Shown one piece after another: positions 11,980 to 32,259 of a stretch of 64,000 bases of DNA (position 1 is its first letter; the number at the start of each line of letters is the position of its first letter). The notes under the pieces were generated by a model, which had not been told where the DNA came from, did not search any database, and was given only the letters and a program-made list of their open reading frames with translations. The position numbers were made by a program, and so were the translations under genes. The stretch comes from Flaccisagitta enflata (lineage: Eukaryota): contig OZ231126.1 in assembly GCA_965153355.1 (NCBI GenBank), positions 22,878,001-22,942,000 of the forward strand, in the 5' to 3' direction.

Positions 11980-13740
11980 ACCAGCAATGGCGGCTGTCGC
12001 CGTGAGGAAAAAAGTCGTAAGCAATGGTCACTTTTCACTAAGCTTTTGTCTCCCGTCACTGCAAATCTTTTTATTTGTTAGATCAAATCAAGAGCAATTG
12101 CATATATTGATTGCACTGATAATCAAAAAAAAAAAAATAGGGCTGAGCCAAATGAGCTAGACGAGCGAAAATACTCAAAATCACTCATCCAGACAACCAG
12201 CTATGCTCACTGACATGGTTGTTTGTTTTTGCATGCTGACATAAAAATATTTATTCATTTATACCATTAATAATCAGAAAAAAACAGACTGAGCTAAGTG
12301 AGCTAGAATACTCAAAACACCCTCTCAGATGAGCAGCTATGCTCACTGACATGCTTTTTTGGCAGCAGCTCCGAAGGGGACAAAGTCCTGTAGAACACAG
12401 GGGACTTTTGATCATTTGTTCATTTGTTCGTACGTCCGTCCGTTTGTCCTCTCAGGCCTGAAATCTGCCCTCTTAGGAATAAAATCTGTCTTCTCAGGCC
12501 TGAAATTTGCCCTCTAGGGCCTTGAATCTGCCCTCTTAAGCCTGAATTTTGCCCTTTCAGACCTAACACCTGTCCTTTCAGGCCTTGAATCTGAGAGGGC
12601 AGATTTCAGGCCTGAGAGGGCAGATTCTAGGCCTGTGAGGGCAGATTTCAGGCTTGAGAGGGCAGATTTTAGGCTAAAGAGGACAGATCTCAGGCCTGAG
12701 ACACTGTCTGCCAGAACACGGAATGAGTTGACTTGAAATGATCGTCTACAACTCTGATAGGTTTTGAGTCCTTGTGGTGTGTATAATACAAATCTGAAAA
12801 GAACTAAATCATTTTTGGGGCGCTTTTTGAAGTATGTACAAAAAAGTACAGATTTAGTACATTTTTCATCATAACTCTTTGTGATGATTCATTTTAGTAT
12901 TTTTGACCACAGATTTGGACTCAGTGGGTGGCTTGCGGTTCGTTTGATATATCACACTGTATACTTTTGAAAAAGAAGTAAAAGCTTATTTTCTTATAAA
13001 ATCATTAAAAATAAATGTATTTTATAGCAATATGATGAAAAAATTAACTTTTTATTTCTTTTTCAAAACTATATAGTGTGACATATGAAACAAAGCGCAG
13101 AGCACTCTCTGAATTCGAATCTGCAGTCAAAAATACCAGAAAACATCACCACAAAGAGTTATGATGAAAAATGTACTAAATTTACACCATTTTTGCATAT
13201 ATTTAAAAAACCGCCTCAAAAGTGATTTAGTTTCCTTTAGATATACAATGACCCGAAAACTATCAAAGTGAGAGACAATCATTCTACCTCAGCTCATTCC
13301 GTGTTTTGGCTGGTAGTGGAGAGGGCCTAGGGGGTCGGATGGATGGATGGATGAACGGATGAATAAACAAAAGTCCCCTGTGTTCTACAGGACTTTGTCC
13401 CCTTTGGAGCCGCTGTCCTGCCTCTCATTCCGATTTACACCCATACAAAGCAGGGCAACGGGTATCACTGACCATGTATTGCCTTTGTATCTGTTTGCTT
13501 CAACATTTATAAAAATACTTATTCATTTATTGTATTTGAAATCAGAAAAAAGACTGAGCCAAATGAGCTAAATGAGCTAGATTGCTCAAAAACACCCTCA
13601 CAGATTAGCAGTTATGCTCATAAACATGTTTTTCTTGTATTTGCATGCTCAAACAAGCATAAATACACTCCTTTATTGATCCTACCTTAAATCATGATAA
13701 ATTGGGGTTTTAACGCATTTTTCAAATATCTCATGATGAT
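11980..13740 (-). mobile_element. HINE family B copy (GAGCTAAATGAGCTAG internal repeats) with nested family C element and MITE
   Basis: ACCAGCAATGGCGGCTGTCGCC...GGAAAAAAGTCG end shared with copies at 29573-30767, 33718-34200 and 36114-36943; far boundary approximate. Confidence 0.6.
12702..13318. mobile_element. Foldback MITE with CAC...GTG ends and 4-bp TSD GAGA (Chapaev-like), related to 1888-2504
   Basis: 617 bp with long imperfect inverted arms; GAGA at 12698-12701 and 13319-13322; internal similarity to the 1888-2504 element. Confidence 0.8.
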
Positions 13741-14014
13741 ATATTCCTTTGTTGTATCCATTCAGATCCACTACCCTGAAGAAGAGGGGACACCCTCGAA
13801 ATAAAGGGGTTAAATTCAAATGTATTAAATCGAAAAAATTCAATTTGAATCAATCGCATTATCTTAAAATCAAATGCGCAGTAATTAACTTTTCAACTCG
13901 ATCCTTTCAGACGAACGGATGGAGAGGACTAAAAGTTTGTTTTTTTTACATATTACATGTTTTTTTGTTTTTTCGAATGGTGCAGTTACCATCGGAAATA
14001 TGAAATCACCTCAC

Positions 14015-14154
14015 CTTTCTGTTAGAGTAATGGCATCAACGGCTAGTTTGCGCACCGACAAATGTTGGCAACCCTCCGGAAAGCTCATCAGATTCAAGGA
14101 GCAACAAAGTAACCAAATCCACGCTCATGAAGAATCCTTAAGGCTCATCGGATC
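14015..14154 (-). other. Putative 5'UTR exon of the 1019-aa gene (upstream donor at 14307, downstream acceptor at 11030)
   Basis: ttgtccccag|GATCCG acceptor; AGAAAG|gtgagg donor; upstream CAACAG|gtgagt donor; tttttatcaaatccag| acceptor before the main exon. Early stops in all three frames. Confidence 0.4.
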
Positions 14155-14684
14155 CTGGGGACAACGCAACAAAACTTCATGTTCATTAAGTTAAGTCCAT
14201 AACGATTCTCAGACCCGGGGAAGTAAGGTAATATTTGCAGAATGCAGTACTTTAATTTAATCCGTAGAATTCACAATAGAATCTAACTAGAAAACACTCT
14301 CACTCACCTGTTGTCCCAAACCGGTGATCAATGAAAATTCGTTTCCTTTAGTTCCAATTTTTGTTGTTGTTATTGCTTTTTTCTCTCGTTTGTTTGATTG
14401 TTTATTTTCTAGTTTGTATGTATATATTATTTTGCTTTTGCCTTTTTTTTTTGTTCCTTGTTTTTTTATTTCTAACATTTACCATGACTTTGACGTTTTT
14501 GATTTTGACGACGAACCAATTTCATGACCTGCAAGATTTTGGACTACAGACTTTAAATGGAACCTTATCTAGAACGTATAACACGTGATTTCGGCCAAAA
14601 CACTTCAAATCTTGAGCATGAAGTAAGCGCGTGTGAGTAAAGATTGTCAATGTCTGCCAGTTTTAAAACTTTTATTTCTTTTAT

Positions 14685-14919
<235 letters not shown>

Positions 14920-15735
14920 TTTCTTTCTTCTCCCTTTCATTTCCTTTTTTTTCCTTTCTTTCTGTCTTCCGTCTCTTTTTTCTCTTCCTTGGATCGTTTG
15001 TAGGAAATTGAAAAGGCGAAAGGAAAATTCCATGGTCGTGTTTATGAGTTTTTTTATGCGTCTCTCGACTATGCGAAATATTTGTTTTCCCTCGTAAAAA
15101 CTGACCCCAAGAATATGGAAACGTCACGGCAACAGCGAGCGAGCGGGCGAGCGAGCGGGCAAGCGAGTACCCGCGCTGGTGGCATGCGGTATCCGGCAGG
15201 CGGAAGGCTGGCAGTCGTGCGGCATGGCATGGCAGGGTCGTGGCAGGAAAGAGTTGACGCTGCGGGCGATGGCGAATTGGCGCCCTTGGCGAAGCAACGA
15301 AACCCCGCTTGCATCCATCGCTCGACACAACGGGGTAAAGCAGCAGTCACTGGATTTCAGATGGATATTGAAGTTTTTGGGGTAATAGGGGGAAGTAAAA
15401 ATGGGGTGACTTGGTCTTACTATCCACTGGATAGTATCCAGCGTTACGTGACGCCAAGGTCATGCTCACTATCAACGCCGTACTCTAAATCAAGCGAGTA
15501 GACGTTGTTGTAATCATTAACAAAGTTGTAAAACATCGATAATGTTGTCTGAGATAACATGCAACCAAGACGACAAAAAAAAGACATTTTCAATGTCAAC
15601 CCTATTCCCTTTTCCTTCCGTCATACTCCATTCCCTCTTCCTCACATCCTATGTCTTTCCTTCCTCCATTCTTTCCTCCTCTTGCATCTCTTCCTCCTCC
15701 CTCTCTCTTTCCTCCTCCCTCTCTCTTTCCGGGTA

Positions 15736-18089
<2,354 letters not shown>

Positions 18090-18345
18090 TAGAAAAATCT
18101 GAGTAACGAGATTTTCCCCTCTTTCCTCCTTCCTCATGTTCGTAAGGACGTCATTCGAGCTCCGAGTCATGTAGCGAGGGTCAGAGTTCATCTTTTTATC
18201 GCCATTGCCTCTTTCACCCCCATTCGCCCGCCAGCGACCTCTTTCCCTTTCATATCGCATCAAAATTGCAAAACAAACAAAAACAATTTTTGCCGTTCGT
18301 TTCTTTTTCCTTCCTATTTCTCTCACTCTCTTCCTCTCTCTCTCT

Positions 18346-18410
<65 letters not shown>

Positions 18411-18586
18411 ACATTCATGTGCTTTTTGTTTAAGTGACGGGTGTATCTCCTAATGGCGAAAACGCCTAATGGCGAAAATATCTTCATCAGAAATTGGCCT
18501 AACATAGAAAATATTTTTTTCACAATTTCAAGGTGAAAAAGCGGAATAAAAAAAAGGTGGAATAACCATGGAGAAGCAGAGAGAGT

Positions 18587-18734
<148 letters not shown>

Positions 18735-19199
18735 AACAGACAGACAGACAGACAAACAGACACAGTTAATAAATAAAGAAAAGATGACAGAGACAAAGAA
18801 AGACAAGAAAAGATTAAGAAAAAAAACAGAATAAGGCAAAGATACAAATAGAGATAAAAACAAAAAAATATGCATGAGAGAAATAAATGAGAAAAAAAAC
18901 TGTTTTTGGTTGAATTTAAGTGTTTTTGTTGCTCGATGAAGTGTTTTTCTTTATAGATTAGTTCTTGAAAGAAAATATTGATGAAAGGGCAATGAAAGTA
19001 TTGTTAGTAACAATGATTTTATGAATATATAAAAATAACAAGAATGGATACAAGGCTACCCCAGTAGAGGCAGTGATAAAAAAAGTCATTAAGGCATTTT
19101 TGCTAGAGCAGTGAGCTTTTTTTTTTTTTGCCTTCCTTTTTTTTTATATTCATTACTTTTAATCTCTCTCATTGTTCCACCCTTTGTCTCTGTTTTTCA

Positions 19200-19302
<103 letters not shown>

Positions 19303-19657
19303 GTTAGGCGCATAGATTTTTTGTATCCAAGTCATAACTTTTTATTCAAAATTGGCCTAATGGAGAAAAAAAATTTTTCACTATCTGGCCAAAATAAATT
19401 TTCGAAATTAAGCCACAGGAAAATTTTCGAGGACAGGCGCTTGCCCCCTAATGGACAGGAAGCAGGAATGGAGGGACAAATGGACACAGCATTTTTTAAG
19501 GTCTCTCCGTCCGCGGCTATTCCTCGATGTGTATCCGGCCTCTGCCTTGTCAGGTTTGCTTTAACTGACTACGAACGCCAGGTTAGTTGAATAACTTGCT
19601 CCAGACCATTTTGTAAAAATCAATACTTAGCTATAGCATCAGATTTGTTTTTATATA

Positions 19658-20141
19658 CAGTAGATGTCGTCTAGACTTGGAAACACGGGGGAGCTCATAA
19701 CCTGAGCATCAGTATAGTGAGGGGACTGATATTTTGCTGATATAATATATAGACCATAAGGGCTTACGGCTTACCCTAGGAAAAAAAGCTTAAGTATGAA
19801 ATTTTAGGATCAATCATTTTTTTTACAGAATTTCAGCTTCATCCATTTGCTTCAAGTGCAAATCCAGTCTGGGATTCGAACCCGGAATCTTTGACTAGAT
19901 TAACTGATCTGGAAAAACCTGAAGTTGAGTGAGTTAACCTCTAGACTAATTCCAGAAGCTGACCCAGCTAAGCGAATTTGATTTAGTATATTCAAAAGAC
20001 TTTTTATTAACAGAGCTGCCATACCCCATTGTCAACCCTATAAGACATAAGCATTAGACACACACAGTTTCATTGCATTTGCACAAATGATAATTAGGAT
20101 ATGAGGGCCCCCGTATTTCCAAGTTTAGACGACATCTACTG
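19658..20141. mobile_element. Tc1/mariner-type MITE containing a tRNA B-box-like motif
   Basis: TA|CAGTAGATGTCGTCTAGACTTGGAAACACGGGGG ... CCCCCGTATTTCCAAGTTTAGACGACATCTACTG|TA; GGGTTCGAATCCC on the minus strand at 19871-19883. Confidence 0.8.
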
Positions 20142-20731
20142 TACGAGTCTTCATATCACATCGATTTGTTGTTTAATCTATCTGACAGTCAATGATTAAG
20201 GCTGAATCAAGAATCAAATTATCCGTGTGTTAGCTTTCTTGCTTTCCTGCTTCCTTGCATTCCCAGCTGCCCGTCTGTCCATCCATCTAAACATGACATG
20301 ATTCATATCCACGACAACCCACTCGTGGCTTTGTCATGCATGTCATCCATCTAAACAGGACATGACTCATACCCAAGACATTCCACTCGTGGCTTTATCA
20401 TGCAAAACAGTCAAAATGAATTGATATTAAGATGACCCTGTGCATTAGATGCAATATAGCCAATGAGATGCAAATTCAAATCTGTAGCATCTCTCTCGAC
20501 TCATGGAAGTACGCTACCTCCCTTGTGATCATTTTGAAAGAGGGATATTTCGTTCCTTTAGTTATATCCATTACCCTTATTTCCTTTTACTTACACAATC
20601 CTCACGGTTTGGTGACTTTCATCCTTAACTCACGATAGAATTCCTCGCTTTTATCTTGGAGACTCCATTTTTCATGCTACACCTTATTGCCATTCCACCA
20701 TCAGTCAAGCCACAGCATCTGAGACCGCTTT

Positions 20732-20883
<152 letters not shown>

Positions 20884-21075
20884 CCTCCACAAACACTCCA
20901 TCAAGGCCGGCGCCGTAAGCCCGGAGCTGAAGGGTAAACGCATCTGTTTTCATAAGACGACCATTAATTACGTCGTATTCCATCAAGGCTTTATAAAAAG
21001 ACAAAGGGAATTGATCCAAGGCAAAATTTTCATAATTTGCCAGCAGTTTCCTCTCTCTTTCTCTCTCTCTCACTC

Positions 21076-21232
<157 letters not shown>

Positions 21233-21499
21233 GGCAATAAGGCGGAAGTGGTGAGTATCTCTGTCTGTGGCGCCGCGAGAGAGAAACTCGCGTTTATGCA
21301 CACGCAATTACGTGCACACGAATGCTGCATATCAACACGGCGGAGTGCTGAAGCTCATAAAACAATCCCTTAGCTTTGCCTACTTTGCACAGGCGAGGCA
21401 TCGAACAAAAAATCATGAGTGTAACCTCGGAACTTCTGGAATTGTTTCGACTTTGCATCAACTTTCACCGCCACCACCATTTTAAAAACTGCAGCACCA

Positions 21500-21875
<376 letters not shown>

Positions 21876-22127
21876 ACACACCAACAACCAGAACAACAGT
21901 AGTTTACATATTCCTCACGTTCCTAAGGGCTTTAGCGACGATGGGAGGGAAACATTTTTTTGAGAGAGAGTTTAAGTCAATGACGTTGGAGAGTATCTAG
22001 AAAACTCTAGATGCAGATCAGCAGATGGCGATGCAGGCGTTACAGATGTAGATGGGACCCAAGACGCCGTTCTTACAACGCTTTAATGAACGCAAGAAGG
22101 CGTTAAAGGCGGAATAACCAAGGAGAA

Positions 22128-22173
<46 letters not shown>

Positions 22174-22444
22174 TTAAGGGATGGAAAGAGGGCAACAGAA
22201 GAAATTGTGAAGGGAGAAGGGTAGCCTTTGCATGGAACGATCCGATGAAGATCAGAACGACTCATCATTTAGATAGTTTGTGGGCATATTGCGTCAGTAT
22301 TGAAATCGTTAATCTCTCGGCGTCGAAGTCAATCAACTGATCTAGTTACTTGACCAGATGATTGACGAGTTGATTTCCAAGTTACTATATCAGCTTAGTG
22401 TCATTGTATTATTTCGAGAGAGCTGCTTGCCAAATACTACTATA

Positions 22445-22711
22445 CATCATTAGAGAAATTAGAAGCCACTCTTTCAGTGTTTTCAATTCCCACAATAATA
22501 GTCAGAAAATACGCATCGTACCTGGACAAACAAAAAAACATCCTCCTCCATCATTATTTTGGCCGTCGATGTTTTTTTCAGCTCCGTTACAAAAATAGAA
22601 ATTAATTAATGATTTAATCTCTGAAGTTGAACCGCGTATGAGAGCAAAGTTGATAACTTGCTTGTTTAAACCAACCTTTTTTAAGAGTGGCTTCTGATTT
22701 CTCTAATGATG
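22445..22711. mobile_element. Tc1/mariner-type MITE
   Basis: TA|CATCATTAGAGAAATTAGAAGCCACTCTT ... AAGAGTGGCTTCTGATTTCTCTAATGATG|TA. Confidence 0.75.
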
Positions 22712-23431
22712 TACATCTTGATCAGACCGAGCAAGATTCTAATCACATTTGTTAAATTGGTCCAAAGCACGCGCTTTGTCCAGTCCGATTGTCCATTCGT
22801 CCCTCGATGACACTTCTCTATTGGCTCATACTGGCATTTTGAATCGCGGACACGCGACTCAACAATTTGTTGTGTCGGTCCGTAAGTAGGCAATATTTTT
22901 AAATTGCGCGCGGTTTTTGCATCAGTTCCCATGCCCAACCGTCCGCGACTGGGATGCCGTATATCCAGCCTTGTTCTTCCATGCCCCTGCCTCTAACATT
23001 TTTACCGCAAGACATTCATGCTTTATTCATTGTTAAGAAAACGCTGAAAATGCTCAGTACTGGCATGTAAGACATTATACAAATCGTCTTGATCACCCGG
23101 TTGAAAAAAAAAACAAGGTAGGAAGAATTAGTGGCACACTCTTCCGTCAATCTTTTCTTTCTTTTTTTTTTACTCTCATTTTGGAAGACGAAATGGGTTC
23201 TAAAAAAACCTCCGCCGCAAAGATAAAATGTGGAGTAATGTTGGCGGGAGAGATCTAGTGGGCGCGCGGAACATAAGACTTGAATCATGGAATGGGGTTA
23301 TGGCCCCATAAGGCCCATCTGGCGAGCAGTTTGCCGTCCCTGATGGCCCATACGAATCCGCCCTACGATCGGACCCGAAATTTCGCCCTCTCCATCTTCG
23401 CGGTCGCGTTTTTGGGTGGTCGTCCTTGTGT

Positions 23432-23507
<76 letters not shown>

Positions 23508-23590
23508 AAAAGTCGCGTGTGTGCTTGTAAGCGCGCGCGTTTTGTGTGAGTTTGTGTGTGCGTGCGTGCGTGCATAAGATGAAAGCAAAA

Positions 23591-23665
<75 letters not shown>

Positions 23666-23679
23666 GAAGAAAGGAAGAG

Positions 23680-23806
<127 letters not shown>

Positions 23807-24271
23807 AAAAGATAGACACACAGACTGACAGACGAAGATGGGGATAGAGACAGACAGAGAGAGACAAAGTGATGATAAACATTTAAACATATTTTTACAG
23901 TGATTTTGCTTTGAGCTAAAAGTTACTGTAAGTGATTACGCTATGAGCTAGGATTTGGCCAAGACTTGTTATTCATGTATTGACGACATTGTTGCTTATT
24001 ATCTGTGCGACACTTATGAGTGAATACAAACCATTCGTTGTATATAGTTTCCGAGTTTCTAAACCCTGCTCGTATATCACGTAATGAATGTGCGAAAACT
24101 GAATTGCCACCCTCAACTTTAGAGTCAATATGAAAAAAAAAAAAAACAGGCTGAAGGGACTGAGAACATCTTCGCATCTGTTCTGGGCGGAATTCAGTTA
24201 CAGGGTTGGTCCGTCACAGCAGGTACAGGTAATGAAACGTAATGATACTTGCTCTGGTCAATCTCGTTATG

Positions 24272-26463
<2,192 letters not shown>

Positions 26464-27142
26464 ACTTGAAACTTCCATGGACTTAACTGAAAGCAAATCC
26501 CTTGGTTCGGTCATCAAAGAGCCACCATTTATCCCCTTTTTTTCCCGCCCCTCCCCCCCCCCCTCCTTCCCACCCGACTTGAAATGGATTCGTTTCAAAT
26601 AGGTACAAATAGGTTTTAGAACAGTGATATCGCCCATCGCCAGAAGGAAAAAAGTAAACATCTGGGATGATAGAATCCACCGATTTTTCTTAAGTGCGGT
26701 TTTATGCATGATAGTGAAGGAGCAGCTAGCGTACGGCTACAGAGAGCTTCTAAGAGGAGCGCAAACTACATGAGCCCCATCAGATCAAGTTTTGACGTTT
26801 TTTTGTTTTTTTGTTTTTTTGTTTTTTTGTTTTTTTTTTTTTTTGCCTTACAAAGGTGCCGTCGCCGATATCTTCCACACAATTTGTAGCTAATCCAATG
26901 ATACAACCTTTGAATCATGCCCATCATGATTTTACAGTGCCCCGGCTGTTCATGGGCAGAAAACAGAAATTTGGTCCCATCAAAAGTGACCTGTCTTTTT
27001 GCTTTAGAAATTCCACATCAAAATTGAAAAAAAAAAAAGTGTTGGCGACTTTTTTATTTCTTTCCTTTCTTTGTGTCGAAATCGATATGTTGAGATTCAG
27101 AGATATCAAAATTTATTTTCTTTGACATTTATTAAGCTGAAG

Positions 27143-27293
27143 AACAAGGCAACACGGCAAGACAGTCGCGGACGGTTGGGCAGGAGCAATAATGCGAAAA
27201 CCGCCCGTAATTCCAAAATGTGACTGACCGACATACCGAGCAACCTACCGACCGACACGGCAAGGTGTAGAGTCGCGTATCCGCGACTAAAAA
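27143..27293 (-). mobile_element. HINE family A copy
   Basis: AACAAGGC...AGTCGCGTATCCGCGACTAAAAA. Confidence 0.7.
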
Positions 27294-29572
27294 CGATTTG
27301 ACTTTTAAAAGTTTTAGCACTGAAATTTAAGACCTTTATCTATCAGCATGTTATCAGCGTTATGAAGATGTCGTCTACTGTTTTCTTGCAATTGTTAAAT
27401 GAATTTTTTTTGCTGCTTTTTAGTTGTTTTGATTGATGATTTTTTTTCAATTCTCTTTAGTTCATTTACAGTTTAAGACTTTAGATAAACAATAGTCGCA
27501 AAAGCGTTACATGGTCAGCGCCTCAGCGGTACCCGATGATCCTAATTTAGTTTTCATAAAAATGTGATAGTGAGAGGGGCAGCGGCCTTGGAGGGGCAGA
27601 TGACCTATGATTCCACAAAGGACGATTTTTTGAGTTGGGGTCCCACGCATCCCAGGAACAAACCCCTGGTGGAAAAAAAAGGCCCAGTGTTGTGAACCCC
27701 CTAGACATGTTTTACATAGTATAAGGTATGGTTAAAGCCAAAAATAAAAAAAATCGGCTGGGAAATATAGCATTTGTGGCTTAATGATAGCAAAAATTAG
27801 CATTTTCAAATACTTTTTAAACAAAAAATGATAGCTTTCCTTCCAATAAGTTTGAAAAAATAATTGAACAGTGTGGTAATAGCTGCTGTGATAAAAGGTA
27901 AATGTCACAATCTCTTTCCGAAGCGAGAACCCGACTTACCACCACGTTAACACTGTTACCGCAATGTCTATTGCATTGTGACAAGTTTTTATAGTTTGAT
28001 GACCTACCTAACTACCTGGATTACCTTGCCAAACCATTTTTTGTGACCACCCCTACCCCTAGGGGACCTAAAAATAAGGTCAAAATGGCCACATTGGCAT
28101 GTCCGGATTTTGTCCGGACAAGCAAATAACAAGCAAAACCTATCAAAAAATAGATAATCTGATCATTTCTCAGCTTTTAATCAGGTATCAGCAATTCCAT
28201 GTAATGTACAAAAAATTTCATCCCACTGCGCAAATGCTAAGTTGTTCAAATATTGTAATATCATCCAATTTTAATCCTCCTGATTTTTTTGCCGTTTCAC
28301 AGCAAAATCTGAGTATGTCGATTATCTTTTTTTAAAACACTATCAATTCTCAAAGTTAAGCAGTTTTCAGGTTTCCATCTAATAGAGCACTACTTGAAGG
28401 ACATATGCTCCAAATTTCATGCCACTGTGTCACCCCAATCCGACGTAATCACACTTTTCTTCAAGCATGATTATTCCGCACACACCCCCAGCTCTTCTGT
28501 CACACTCATGTCACGCTGTCAGTCTGTCACTGTCACGCCATTGTGAAGCTGATGATGGAAATTTGGTTGACACGATGAGAATGAGCATGAAATTTTGCAT
28601 CTCCACTGAAAATTTCAGATCTTAACTCCTTGGCATTCAGTCATAATGAAATTTTCAAAGTGAGTGGTTGGTTGATTGTTGCAGAATAATCACGCTTCGC
28701 GATGAATCTTCGTAGTTAATTCTTTGTTTCCACACAGCGCTTCTCACACCAATAAGCGATGCTTTTGTATCTTAATTTGGTAAAATTTCTTAAAATCAAA
28801 GTTGGCATATCTCAAGAACGATTTGAGCTAGCCCATTGAAACTTTGCATGGTTGATACCTAGATCAAGAGGGTCCTTTGCCTAGATTCTGATGCGACCTA
28901 AAGAATGTTATGCAGTCCAACCAGACCAACCAGCTTACCAGATGAAAAAACGAAAAAGTGGCATAACTTCCATAATAATTGTCCGATCTGGTTGAAATTT
29001 TGCATGAAGCTTCCTTTAAAGGTTCCTCATCACTGGTTTGAATAAGAGCTTGGTTAAAAAAAATTTTCTCCAACAGCCCACCCAGCCAGAAATGGTACTT
29101 ATAGAGATTTTTTAAAAAACTAAAAAAATTCAAAGATTTCTTAGCAACATATGATCACACATGATTGCTTGAACATTATCAATAAGAATTTTACTGTTAT
29201 ATTGATTTCTTTATTGTATTTAGCTAAATTCTTTAGTAATAAAACTGCCAATAATACCGTTTTAAGCCTAATTTGCATGAAAAATGAGCTTTTATAAGAA
29301 AATCCAAGTATGGATTCATACGTTATAACAGGTAAGCTACATGATGATGAATGGTTTTGTTCAATTTTCAAACATGAAAAATTGATGAATTCCACCCGTC
29401 CAGGGTTGGCTTTCCATGACAATCGCCAATAGTTTATCCTCTTTAAACTAGTTCAAAGGCATCTTGCACAAAAAAAAACAGTGTATTTAGATTATTTTGA
29501 AGCCCTGATTCACAATTTATTTCTTCAATCTAGTTGTCAGAGATTCAAACATGAGTATTTGTACTGTTATTA

Positions 29573-30767
29573 TTGGGAAAAAAGTAGAAGTCAGTCTTCA
29601 ACTTTTTGACAGAGTTTTCATCTTCTTAACCATGCAAAAAAAAAAAAAGGCACATAGCTTTGACTTGTTTGCCTTGTTAGTAAGAGGCAAAACCTGAAAA
29701 AATCCATGAGAATTTCAAAGAGCTTCAAAAAATCTATCATTTGAGTGTCAGTGTCAGTATCGTAACTGCTGGAAAGAGCATATTTATTTGACTCTCTGAA
29801 TCAAACCTCTCACTTTCATTTACTCATAATTACTAAATGGATCAAGCTACAAATTTCTGCTTGGCGGCATTTCAAAGAAAATTTTCCTAATTTCATTTTT
29901 GTCATTTAAGTAAATATTGATGGAGATACAAAGAAAACAATAAAAAAATTAGACTACCATTTTCCTGGCAGTTTGAGATAATGACATTCTAGCTTAAAAC
30001 TGTAGTAACTTTTTCTTTGTTTTTGAGCTAAAACTTTCTGACACCACTCAAATGGTATATTTCTTGACCCTTTTTAAAATGCTCATGGATTTTTGGTAGT
30101 TTTGCCTCTTACCAGTGAGCCAATGCACGTCAAAGAGATGTGCCATCTTTATTTTGGGCACTGTTATCAGGAAGTTGTGGGTCTCGACTGACCAAATGTG
30201 GCCTCCAATGAAATTGATAGGGTAAGTAGATTTGATAATTCTCTTTCATTTGGCGCCAAGCAGAATGCTTTACAATTTATTATGGATCAATAAAAGAGTG
30301 TATTTATGTTTGTTTGAGCATGCAAATATAAGAAACATGTTTTTGAGCTCTAACTCATTTCGCTCATTTCGCTCATTTTGCTTAATTCTTTTTTTTTCTG
30401 ATTTCAATTGCGATAAATGAATCAATATTTTGATACATGTTAAAGCAAGCAGATACAAAAAAGCATGTCAGTGAGCTCATTTGTCACTTAGCTCATTTGG
30501 ATGTTTTTTTTTCTGATTTTTAATGCGCATGCAATTACAAGAAAGCATGTCAGTGAGCATAGCTGGTTGTCTGGTTGAGTGATATTGGGCATTTTAGCTC
30601 ATCTAGCTCATTTTGCTCATTTTTCTCTGATTTCCAGTGCAATCAATACATACAGTTGCTCTTAATTTGATCTAACAAAGATTTACAGTGACTGGAGACA
30701 AAAGGTTGATGAAAAGTGACCAATGCTTACGACTTTTTTCCTCACGGCGACAGCCGCCATTACTGGT
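29573..30767 (+). mobile_element. HINE family B copy
   Basis: 5' GGGAAAAAAGTAGAAG..CTTCAACTTTTT inverted repeat; 3' CGACTTTTTTCC subTIR, GGCG-ACAGC-CGCC hairpin and TTACTGGT end. Confidence 0.65.
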
Positions 30768-31299
30768 ACATTTCTTGTATTTTTTTGAGTTTTTGAAAAA
30801 AAAAATTCTTAATTTTTTGCTTAAAAAATCCATTTTTTGCTGTTTTTTACCCTTGTTTAGTGCTAGTCGGGTTGATATCCCTCCAAACTGGCTTGATAGG
30901 GTAAAATCATTTTAACATCAATGATTGCCACCCTGCTCAGTAGTTTTTTGAAGTTTTTGAAGGTATGACTACCGTTTTCAGCATAAAAAATGTTTAAAAA
31001 TGCATTATTTTTGCTATAATCAAGCTATAAATGTCATATTTCCAAGCCAATTTTTTAAACATTTCTAGCTCTAATTGTACCTAATACAGAGGTAGTGACA
31101 ACCAGCGGGCTGAAATGACCCTGCCCATAGCCCCTGCCCATTGGAAATACTATCTTATTAGGGCCATTGCCACTGCCTCTGCCTGAGATCCAACTGCTAA
31201 CATGATCTCAATCACTCACCACCCCTTTTCCCACTACTATACCACCCTCTCTCTTCTTCTACAATATTGACCCTACTTAGATAGTTGTCAGTGCTGCTG

Positions 31300-32218
31300 C
31301 CACTGCCTCCGCCGCCTCCGCCGCCTCTGCCTCTGCTACAACAAATCTCTCTACATGATCAAAATCTCCCGCCGCCGCCTCCTCCATCCGTTTTGTATCA
31401 TGGGTATTTTCATTGTAGAGATTACATTCAGCTGCTACTATCTCTTTAACGCCGCCGCCGCCTCCTCCTCCTCCTGCTGCTGCTGCTCCTCCTCCTCCTC
31501 CTCCGCCGCCGCCGCCGCCGCCGCCTCCACTCCTCCTCGTCCTTCTCCGCCGCCGCCGCCGCCTCCTATCCTCCTCGTCCCTCTCCGCTGCCGCTGCCGC
31601 CTCCTCTCCTCCTCATCCTTCTCTGCCGCCGCCGCCGCATTCACTCCTCGTCTTTCTCCGCCGCCGCCGCCGCCGCCTCCACTCCTCCTCGTCCTTCTCC
31701 GCCGCCGCCGCCGCCTCCTCTCCTCCTCATCCTTCTCCGCCGCCGCCGCCGCCTCCTCTCCTCGTTCTTCTCCGCCGCCGCCGCCGCCTCCACTCCTCGT
31801 CCTTCTCCGCCGCCGCCGCCGCCTCCTCTCCTCCTTGTCCTTCTCCGCCACCGCCGCCGCCGCCGCCTCTTACCTCCTCCTTCACCGCCGCCTCCTCTCC
31901 TCATCCTCCTCCTCCTCTTCCCACTCTGCTGTCGCCGCCGCCGCCGCCGCCGCCTCCTCCTCCTCCTCTGCCGCCACCGCCTCCTCCTCCTCCTCCTCCC
32001 CAACTGCCGCCGCCGCCGCCTCCTTCCAAAAAAAATCAAATTTAAAAAAATTTAAAGAACATTTTATAAAATATCAAAAAAAGAATCAAATTTAAAAGAA
32101 ATCAAATAAAAGAAATGAAAAAAAAAAGAGAAAAAGAAAATCTAAAAAAAGTATTTGAAATGAATTAAAAGAATAATTAAAAAAAAATTCAAGGAGAGGA
32201 GGCGGAGGCGGAGGCGGC

Positions 32219-32259
<41 letters not shown>

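Noticed and set aside
19855-19915. tRNA gene
   Set aside because: Only a B-box/T-arm-like motif; no cloverleaf or A-box; lies inside a MITE.
21902-22117. Protein-like reading (FFEREFKSMTLESI*KTLDADQQMAMQALQM*...)
   Set aside because: Two in-frame stops and no recognisable family; its end resembles sequence at about 18557-18585, suggesting a repeat.
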